A stretch of 63,963 nt of DNA, counting the filler, from an uncultured archaeon (GTDB taxonomy: Archaea > Iainarchaeota > Iainarchaeia > Iainarchaeales > 1-14-0-10-31-34), in NCBI GenBank assembly GCA_964442255.1. It is 3 parts of 3 records of this genome, joined end to end, with 100 filler letters (N's around TTAATTAATTAA, not from the genome) between each part and the next. Parts side by side here need not be neighbours in the genome. Positions count along the whole stretch, not along the records: positions 57,100 to 63,963 come from CAYTYC010000037.1; 2 more parts are not named here. The stretch is one strand, 5' to 3'. Shown here piece after piece: positions 57,000 through 63,963 of this stretch; position 1 is the first letter of the stretch; each line of letters begins with the position of its first letter. The translations under genes and the position numbers were made by a program. The notes beneath the pieces were generated by a model, which saw only the letters and a list, made by a program, of their open reading frames with translations, was not told the DNA's origin and did no database searches.

Positions 57000-57099
57000 N
57001 NNNNNNNNNNNNNNNNNNNNNNNNNNNNNNNNNNNNNNNNNNNTTAATTAATTAANNNNNNNNNNNNNNNNNNNNNNNNNNNNNNNNNNNNNNNNNNNN
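57000..57099. other. Artificial contig linker
   Basis: N-TTAATTAATTAA-N. Confidence 0.9.
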
Positions 57100-57202
57100 G
57101 CATTTACCCTGCGCTGAGGGTTTTCACGTTTGTTTTGTTCGGCTTTGCAATGTTTCACGGCCTGATTTTCTATTGCAGTTGGCTGGACAGGAACCGCGGG
57201 CG

Positions 57203-58138
57203 TTAATCCTGCAGGCGCAGGGTTCGCCTTTCATTCATTGACTTGACCGCATACTCGATTGCCTTGACTACCCCAAACCCTGTTTCCCCGTCGGTGAAGG
57301 GGCGGGAGTCTTTTTCAATCGATTCGGTGAAGTCCACCAGCTCTTCCCTCAGGGAATTGCTTGGGGCGACATCCAACTTTATGGTTTCCTTTTTTTCGGC
57401 GTCAAACAACTCGAATTCCTGGGTCAGGCAGTCAATGAATGCGCTTTTCCTTTCCCCAACAAGCGCAAGGGTGCGGGTTTTTTTCGGGGTAACCCAGCTT
57501 ATCTCAAGGTTCACGAGGATTTTGCCTATTTTTGCGTTTATGAACGCGGCTTCGGTAACATTCCTCCGGAAGCCTTCCCCGATGCAGGAAATTTCGTCAA
57601 AATTTTTGTCCGTCAAAAAATTCACCATGTCAAATGCGTGCGGGGCAAGGTCAAACAGCACTTCCCTGCCAAAAAAAATCGGCTCAAGGTTTGCCCAGGT
57701 GAGCTTTATGAGGTAAATTTTTCCGAACTCGTTCGCGTCAATCATTTCCTTCAGTTTCCTTAAGGCGCTGTTGAAGCGGAAGATGTGGCCGACCGCAAGG
57801 AGGAGGTTTTTTTCCTTTGCAAGCTCAATGAGTTTCCGGCATTCCTCCGAAGAAAGCGCCATCGGCTTTTCAACCAAAACGTTTTTTCCGGCATTCAAAA
57901 GCTTTTCCGCCACAGGAAAATGCAGTTCATTGGGCACGCAGACGCTTGCGCCGCGGATTCCTTTGTCGTTCAGGATGTCCTCGAGTTTTGCCATTGTTTT
58001 AATGCCCGGAAATTCTTTCTTTCGGAGCCCAAGCTGCTCCCGGTTCAGGTCGCAGACCGTGACCTCGTGGCCAAGCGAAAGGTAATCGCGGATGTGGTTT
58101 TTTCCCCAGTAGCCAGCGCCGATTACAGCCAGCCTCAT
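57203..58138 (-). CDS. Gfo/Idh/MocA oxidoreductase (WbpB/WlbA-like)
   Basis: GAGYWG, VEKP, DLAPH. Confidence 0.9.
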   Translation of the reverse strand: MRLAVIGAGYWGKNHIRDYLSLGHEVTVCDLNREQLGLRKKEFPGIKTMAKLEDILNDKGIRGASVCVPNELHFPVAEKLLNAGKNVLVEKPMALSSEECRKLIELAKEKNLLLAVGHIFRFNSALRKLKEMIDANEFGKIYLIKLTWANLEPIFFGREVLFDLAPHAFDMVNFLTDKNFDEISCIGEGFRRNVTEAAFINAKIGKILVNLEISWVTPKKTRTLALVGERKSAFIDCLTQEFELFDAEKKETIKLDVAPSNSLREELVDFTESIEKDSRPFTDGETGFGVVKAIEYAVKSMNERRTLRLQD

Positions 58139-59241
58139 TTCCTGGCCCCCAGCTTTCCGCAGACGAATTCAATTTCCTCTTCCGTGAGCTCGGGGAACAT
58201 GGGCAGGGAAAGGATTTTTTTTGCGGCTTCTTCGGAGACAGGGAAGCTTCCCTCGCCGTACCCCAAAAAAGAATAGGCTTTCTGCAGGTGTATGGGCACA
58301 GGGTAATGGATTCCGGTTGCAACGCCTTCCTTTCCCAGCCTCTCACGCAGGGAATCCCTGTTTTCGGTTTTCACAACGTAAAGGTGGTAAATGTGCTTTG
58401 CGTAATCCGCTTCAGTGGGGGCAGCCAAATCGCTTCCCGAAAGAAGCTCATTGTACAGCGCCGCGTTTTTTCTTCTTTTTTCGTTCCATTCGTCGAGATG
58501 CGGAAGTTTCGCATTCAGCACCGCGCCCTGCAGGCCCTCCATCCTGTTGTTGTAGCCTATTACCGCATGGGAGTTTTTCGGGTTTTCCCCGTGGCCCCTC
58601 AGAAGCGCGACCTTTTCCTTCACAGCCTCATCCCTGCATACAACCATTCCGGCTTCACCGAATGCGCCCAGGTTTTTTGCAGGGTAAAAGGAGAAGCATC
58701 CCGCGTTCCCCATTGAGCCGCACTTTTTTCCCCTGTACTCGGAACCGTGGGCCTGGCAGGCGTCCTCGACAACCTTCAGGCTGTGCTTTTCGGAGAGCTC
58801 AAGAATTGGCTTCATGTCGGCCGGCTGGCCATAAAAGTGCACAGGAACCACTGCCTTTGTTTTCCGGGAAACCTTTTCCTTCACTTTTTCGGAGTCAATT
58901 GTGAGCGTTTTTTCGTTTACGTCAGCGAAAACCGGCGTTGCCCCGGCCAAAGAAATCGCCTCAGCGGTTGCAAAGAAGGTGTTTGCGGCTGTTATCACTT
59001 CATCGCCTTTTCCGATTCCAAGCGCAAGCAGGGAAAGCGTCAATGCAGAGGTGCCGGAGTTCACCCCAACGGCGTGGGCTGTTCCGAGGTATGCGGCAAA
59101 GTTTTTTTCAAAGTCCTCAACGCCTTTTCCGAGAATGAAGGAAGTGCTGTTTATTGTTTCGGAGACGGCGGAATCAATTTCTTCCTTAATGGAAAGGTAA
59201 TTTCTTTTCAAATCCACGAACGGAACGCCTGAGACAGCCAT
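58135..59241 (-). CDS. DegT/DnrJ/EryC1/StrS sugar aminotransferase (WbpE-like)
   Basis: NSGTSAL, EDACQAHG, SFYPAKNLG. Confidence 0.93.
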   Translation of the reverse strand: MAVSGVPFVDLKRNYLSIKEEIDSAVSETINSTSFILGKGVEDFEKNFAAYLGTAHAVGVNSGTSALTLSLLALGIGKGDEVITAANTFFATAEAISLAGATPVFADVNEKTLTIDSEKVKEKVSRKTKAVVPVHFYGQPADMKPILELSEKHSLKVVEDACQAHGSEYRGKKCGSMGNAGCFSFYPAKNLGAFGEAGMVVCRDEAVKEKVALLRGHGENPKNSHAVIGYNNRMEGLQGAVLNAKLPHLDEWNEKRRKNAALYNELLSGSDLAAPTEADYAKHIYHLYVVKTENRDSLRERLGKEGVATGIHYPVPIHLQKAYSFLGYGEGSFPVSEEAAKKILSLPMFPELTEEEIEFVCGKLGARK

Positions 59242-59247
59242 AAAAAC

Positions 59248-59724
59248 CTAGTCCTTCACTTTCCCCACAACCTTTGCTGGTGCGCCGGCAACAATTGAGT
59301 TTGCGGGAACGTCTTTTGTGACAACAGAGCCTGCGCCGACCATCGCGTTTTCGCCTATTGTAATGCCCGGCAGGATTGTGGCGTTTGTCCCGATGGAGGC
59401 ACGCCTTTTTACGACGGTTTTTTCGCACTCCCAGTCCTTTTCGTCCTTCATGCTTCCGTCTGCGTTTGTTGAACGCGGGTAGCGGTCGTTTGTGAACTTT
59501 GCGCCGTGGCCCACCAAAACCTCGTCCTCAATTGTGACGCCCTCGCAGATGAACGCATGGGAGCATATTTTGCAGTTTTTTCCGACGGAAGCGTTTTTCT
59601 GGATTTCCACGAAAGGGCCTATCTTCGTGTTTTCCCCTATCGCACAGCCGTAAAGGTTCACAAAACCGAAAACTTTCACGGAATCAGCCATTTTCACGTT
59701 GCTTATTTTCGAGAATTCAGCCAA
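59248..59724 (-). CDS. Hexapeptide-repeat N-acyltransferase (WbpD-like)
   Basis: [26 protein letters not shown]. Confidence 0.9.
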   Translation of the reverse strand: MAEFSKISNVKMADSVKVFGFVNLYGCAIGENTKIGPFVEIQKNASVGKNCKICSHAFICEGVTIEDEVLVGHGAKFTNDRYPRSTNADGSMKDEKDWECEKTVVKRRASIGTNATILPGITIGENAMVGAGSVVTKDVPANSIVAGAPAKVVGKVKD

Positions 59725-59835
59725 TCAGTTGTCCCCCTTTTAACGGAGAGCCTAAAACTTTGCCCATAAATCAAATCAAGGCATTAAATATAAAAGGTTA
59801 ATCAAAAAAACAGGGGGGACATCAGACTGAAGCAA

Positions 59836-60246
59836 TCAAAGAATTCCAACTGTTTTTTCCATTTCCGCTGTTGTTTTGACTTTGATTCGGTTCTGATTTT
59901 TGAATTCTTTGTCGTTGCTCCAAACCACAGTATCTTCCTTTAAAGCACATGCCAGGTAAAGCCAGTCTTTAGGGTCTTTAAGCAGAGAGGCGGCAGCAGG
60001 CATATAAGGCTTCAGCTCTGAATCCGGAACCAGTTCAACTTGCGCCAAAACGAGGTTCAACAATTTTTTGAAATCAGCTTCCTTGCCAGAGGATTTCCTC
60101 TCAACAGTTTTCCCATACTTCAAGAATTCGACAACAATAAACTTTGGGGCAAACAGGCGCAACTCGGGGTTAAACCAAATCCGCCTCGTGCAGCCATTCT
60201 TGATGAGGCAGGCAAAAAGGATATTGGCATCAACCGTTACTTTCAT
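59836..60246 (-). CDS. PIN domain toxin
   Basis: VDANIL, DPKDW-YLACAL, WSNDK. Confidence 0.9.
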   Translation of the reverse strand: MKVTVDANILFACLIKNGCTRRIWFNPELRLFAPKFIVVEFLKYGKTVERKSSGKEADFKKLLNLVLAQVELVPDSELKPYMPAAASLLKDPKDWLYLACALKEDTVVWSNDKEFKNQNRIKVKTTAEMEKTVGIL

Positions 60247-60472
60247 GCAACAGCCTCAAGGAATGCTTCCCGGAGGCAGACTCAATTTTGCCTGAAATCT
60301 TCTCAAAATCTTCAATTTTCAGATTGCTTTTCTTCGCAAGCCGCTCTGCCTCCTCGAAATCATCAAGCTTTTTATCAATAATTGACCTGACCACATTTGA
60401 CCATCTTACAGAAGGGTGTGAATCCATTCTCTTCTTAGTTTCATCCACTATGGACAAAGTGACATTAGCCAT
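60230..60472 (-). CDS. RHH-type putative antitoxin
   Basis: MANVTLSI, VRWSNVVR; palindrome TCACATAA-CAA-TTATGTGA at 60479-60497. Confidence 0.8.
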   Translation of the reverse strand: MANVTLSIVDETKKRMDSHPSVRWSNVVRSIIDKKLDDFEEAERLAKKSNLKIEDFEKISGKIESASGKHSLRLLHESNG

Positions 60473-60601
60473 ATTAAATCACATAACAATTATGTGACAA
60501 AACGTATTTTAAACTTATTGTTTAGTTCGAAAGCCCGGGGAGAGAGATGCAGGGAAAGCGGTTTAAAGAATTTAAAACCTTTGCCTTCCCAAATGGTTAA
60601 G

Positions 60602-62032
60602 ATGAAAAAGCGCAAGGTTTACCTCTTCCAGCCCGGCGAAAAAACAGAGTTTGCGCCCCTGCCTAACTCGCTTTTGCCTTTGGCTGCAACACTAAAGAAA
60701 GCAGGCTATGCGGTTGACTTGGTGGATACGCGGATAAGGGATTACACAAAGCTGGAGCTAAAGGACGCGCTGTGCTGCGGCATCACCTCGTTCACCGGAA
60801 GCCAACTGAATCACGCGCTCAAAATAGCGGAATTCATCAGAAGCAGGGACAAAAAGATCCCCATAATCTGGGGCGGAATCCACGCGTCGCTTCTCCCAAA
60901 ACAGACCGCGGAACACCCTTTGGTTGACATCGTGGTGAAGGGGGAAGGCGAGGAAACTTTGCTGGAGCTGGCCGAAAAGCTGGAGAAAAAGGAAAGCATT
61001 GAAGAAGTGAAAGGAATCCTGTTCAAAAAAAACGGGAAAGTAATTCAAAACCCTGAAAGGCCTTTCATGGACATGAACAAGGTGCCTTTCTACCCTTTTG
61101 AATTCCTTAACCTCAAAAGGTACGCGAAAGACACTGTTTCACTGCAGTCAAGCCGGGGCTGCCCCCACAACTGCGCGTTCTGCTTCAACCAGAACTACAA
61201 CAAGTTTTCATGGAGGCAGAAAAAGCCGGAAACAGTGGTTGAGGAGATAGAGGCCGCGGTAAAAAAAACCGGGATAAAGTTTGTGGCATTCAATGACGAC
61301 AACTTTTTTGTGGACCCGAACAGGGTGAAAGAAATCGCAAAGGGAATAATTGAAAGGAAACTGGAAATTGAATGGAGCGGAATGTGCAGGGCGGAGTACA
61401 TTGCGCGCTGGGACAATGAAATGTTTTCGCTGCTCAAGAAAAGCGGGCTCAAAAATTTGGGGATAGGGGTTGAAAGCGGCTCCCAAAAGATTCTGGACAT
61501 GGTCAACAAGGGGACAAAGGTTGAAGACAACTTAACTGCCATACGGCGATGCGGGGAGGCGGGCATTACGCCGATTTCAAGCTTCATGATAGGGTTTCCG
61601 GATGAAACCGAGGAAGACCTCAGGGAAACGCTGGAATTCGTTGACAAAATGACCGAAGCAAACCCGAAGGCAAAAAGCAACGGAATATTTGTGTTCACCC
61701 CTTACCCGGGAACACGGCTGTACGAGGAAGCACTGAAACGCGGATTCAGGGAGCCAAACAGTTTGGAGGAATGGGGGAAAAGCTATTTTAGCGACACAGC
61801 GCAGAGCCCTTGGCTGGAGAAAGGCTACGCAAAAAAACTTGAAACCATTTCCTCAATCGGCTGGCTTTTGTTTGACAACCCCGCAAAGCTGAGGCTTTCC
61901 GCGAAACAAATGGTGAAGTATGTGCTCAAGGCCATCTTACTGGCTTCGGCAAGGGCAAGGTGGAGGCTGAAGTTTTTTTCTTTTCCGGTTGAATGGAAGG
62001 TTTACGGCATGGTTTCAAGGGAAATGAGGTGA
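60602..62032 (+). CDS. B12-binding radical SAM protein
   Basis: WGGIHAS, GEGE, SRGCPHNCAFC, DDNF, GVESGS. Confidence 0.92.
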   Translation: MKKRKVYLFQPGEKTEFAPLPNSLLPLAATLKKAGYAVDLVDTRIRDYTKLELKDALCCGITSFTGSQLNHALKIAEFIRSRDKKIPIIWGGIHASLLPKQTAEHPLVDIVVKGEGEETLLELAEKLEKKESIEEVKGILFKKNGKVIQNPERPFMDMNKVPFYPFEFLNLKRYAKDTVSLQSSRGCPHNCAFCFNQNYNKFSWRQKKPETVVEEIEAAVKKTGIKFVAFNDDNFFVDPNRVKEIAKGIIERKLEIEWSGMCRAEYIARWDNEMFSLLKKSGLKNLGIGVESGSQKILDMVNKGTKVEDNLTAIRRCGEAGITPISSFMIGFPDETEEDLRETLEFVDKMTEANPKAKSNGIFVFTPYPGTRLYEEALKRGFREPNSLEEWGKSYFSDTAQSPWLEKGYAKKLETISSIGWLLFDNPAKLRLSAKQMVKYVLKAILLASARARWRLKFFSFPVEWKVYGMVSREMR

Positions 62033-62036
62033 AAAA

Positions 62037-62657
62037 GTGGGGGAAAAGGATTACATTAATTTCACGAAAAACAGGCCGCAAAAAAAGGTTAACGTGGTTT
62101 ACAGGGAAATAAATTCAACGAAGTTCATCGACAAAAGATTCAAGTTCAGCGGAAATGTCCTGGACTTTGGTTCCGCAATCGAATCCCCCAACTACGAAAA
62201 GACTGTGAGGGACGGCGGAAAATATTGCGGGTTTGACATCGACAATGAAACAATCGGCTGGCTCAAAAAAAAGGGGTTCTTTGAGGACTTCTGGAACACA
62301 AAAAAAAAATTCAACACCATTGTTGCGTCGCAGTCCTACGAGCACCTTGATTTGCGCACAAGGGAAAAATTTGTTGAAAAAAGCTTTCAGATCCTGAAAA
62401 GCCCGGGAACCCTTATCCTTGAATACCCGCACATAAAGAATTTAGGGGGAATGCAGTACTGGCACGACAAATACCACCAGCACCCTCCCGCCGTGGAAGA
62501 CGAAGGAACACTGCTGGAATTGAAGGGATTCAAGGCGGAAGTGCATTTGGTTGGCTTAAGTGTCTGGCCCCCTTATTATTCTTTTAGGTTGCTTTTGAAT
62601 GTTTTGCTTGGGTTCAGGCCCCAGCACAATGTGGTGATAGTGGGAAGAAAAAGTTGA
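62037..62657 (+). CDS. Class I SAM-dependent methyltransferase
   Basis: VLDFGS, GFDID, YEHL. Confidence 0.75.
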   Translation: MGEKDYINFTKNRPQKKVNVVYREINSTKFIDKRFKFSGNVLDFGSAIESPNYEKTVRDGGKYCGFDIDNETIGWLKKKGFFEDFWNTKKKFNTIVASQSYEHLDLRTREKFVEKSFQILKSPGTLILEYPHIKNLGGMQYWHDKYHQHPPAVEDEGTLLELKGFKAEVHLVGLSVWPPYYSFRLLLNVLLGFRPQHNVVIVGRKS

Positions 62658-62708
62658 TTTCTTGCCCCATGCCCCGGCGCAACGCCGCCACAGCGGGAAA
62701 AAAAAAGT

Positions 62709-62909
62709 TTAAGGGGAAAAAAGGAATCCGGAAAAGAAGTCCATCACCTTTTCTTTCCCAAATTATTTTGCCCCAGTTAAGGGGAAAAAAGGAATCCGGA
62801 AAAGAAGTCCATTGCCTTTTCTTTCCCAAATTATTTTGCCCCAGTTAAGGGGAAAAAAGGAATCCGGAAAAGAAGTCCATCACCTTTTTTTTCTCAAATT
62901 CCTTTGCCC
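62709..62909. repeat. 68-bp tandem triplication of the GT4 gene 3' end
   Basis: TTAAGGGGAAAAAAGGAATCCGGAAAAGAAGTCCAT at 62709, 62777 and 62845. Confidence 0.9.
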
Positions 62910-63948
62910 TTTGGAGGGCATTGCGTGAGAGCACCTTATGCCTTGAGCGCATTTCCCTGATTGCCTCCGCGATTCCGGAAACGTTTTCAGGGTCAACCGT
63001 TATTCCCGCGTTTCCCACGACCCATGGAATGGGCTGAACCGAGCTTGCAACAGCGGGCTTTCCGCTTGCAAAGGCTTCGGTTAAAACCATTCCAAACCCT
63101 TCGCTCAAGGCAAGCAAAACAAAGGCGTCCGCGGAATTGTACAATTTCGGGAGGGTTTCATCGGAAACAAAGCCAAGAAACTTCACCCTTTCCCCCAGGC
63201 CCAGTTCGTTTGCAAGCCTTTGGTAGTCTTCGCCTTCAACCTCCCTTCCCGCGAGAAGAAGCCTGACGTCCTTGCCTGTCTTCTGCATTGCCCGCAAAAG
63301 GAAGGGAATTCCCTTGAGGCGGGAAATTCTCCCGACATGAAGCAAGGTAAAGCTTTTTTCCAGGCCGAATTTTTTAACAAGCGCCTTGTCTTTTTTTCCG
63401 GGCCTGAACCTTTTCAAGTCAACAAAGCCGGGGGTAAGGAAAACATTTTTCATCGGCACGCCGAAACTTTCGGAAACCATTTTTCTTGTGGGCTCCGCAA
63501 GGGTGGAGATTTTAATGTTCCGGAAAAGGGGCTTAAGGAAACTTAATTTGGAGATTCTTTTGCAGGCGTTGGGCTCGTAAATTGAAACCCTGCATTTTTT
63601 TCCAAAAAGCTTTGCCAACAAAATGGAGGCAATTGATGGAGGCAAAGTGTAAACTCCATAAAACAATCCAACCCTATTACGTAACGAAAAAAGAAAAACA
63701 CTGAAAAAATAAGCAAGTGTCCTTACAAAAGGATTGAAAAGGAATGGACTCCAAAAAAGTTTTACTTTGATTCCTTCTTTTTCCCATATTTCAGTTTCCC
63801 TTGAAGTTATTTTCCTGTTCCAGTTCGGGGAAAAAACGAACACGTTGTGCCCTTCCGATTTAAGCCTTTTTGAAACCTCAAAAATGAGGTTGTTTGTGCC
63901 CTCCATGTGCTTTGCCGCGGAAAACTCAACCAAAATGAAGACATTCAT
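62845..63948 (-). CDS. GT4 glycosyltransferase
   Basis: GRISRLKG, EGFGMVLTEAFASG. Confidence 0.9.
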   Translation of the reverse strand: MNVFILVEFSAAKHMEGTNNLIFEVSKRLKSEGHNVFVFSPNWNRKITSRETEIWEKEGIKVKLFWSPFLFNPFVRTLAYFFSVFLFSLRNRVGLFYGVYTLPPSIASILLAKLFGKKCRVSIYEPNACKRISKLSFLKPLFRNIKISTLAEPTRKMVSESFGVPMKNVFLTPGFVDLKRFRPGKKDKALVKKFGLEKSFTLLHVGRISRLKGIPFLLRAMQKTGKDVRLLLAGREVEGEDYQRLANELGLGERVKFLGFVSDETLPKLYNSADAFVLLALSEGFGMVLTEAFASGKPAVASSVQPIPWVVGNAGITVDPENVSGIAEAIREMRSRHKVLSRNALQRAKEFEKKKVMDFFSGFLFSP

Positions 63949-63963
63949 TTTTTCACCAGCCTT

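Overview
Archaeal chromosome segment, most likely a DPANN-type (Iainarchaeota/Diapherotrites-like) MAG. The archaeal call rests on FEN1, aMBF1, L40e, L41e, DGGGP synthase, FtsZ and tRNAs with introns at 37/38; the lineage call is inference. The window is not one contig. Two N-TTAATTAATTAA-N linkers (28580-28679, 57000-57099) are artificial joins, and there are two 100-N scaffold gaps (22665-22764, 54563-54662). Content: (1) a tandemly duplicated M29-peptidase/GCS2-ligase cassette; (2) a housekeeping block including an arginine-synthetase(ArcE)-like gene fused in an operon with OTC; (3) a tRNA-associated accessory region with a sigma-70-like protein, Fic, HNH, toxin-antitoxin (TA) pairs and ORFans; (4) a large surface-glycan cluster (GT2/GT4, SAM methyltransferases, ABC-2 exporter, UppP, wbpBED-like genes, B12 radical SAM). 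The most unusual signals are non-coding. tRNA-Glu and tRNA-Ser carry homologous 89-nt introns with a covarying three-helix fold. A modular hairpin repeat family occurs between genes, truncates a NYN gene and forms the tRNA-Leu intron. A tRNA 3'-end locus is built from repeat-bounded gene cassettes.
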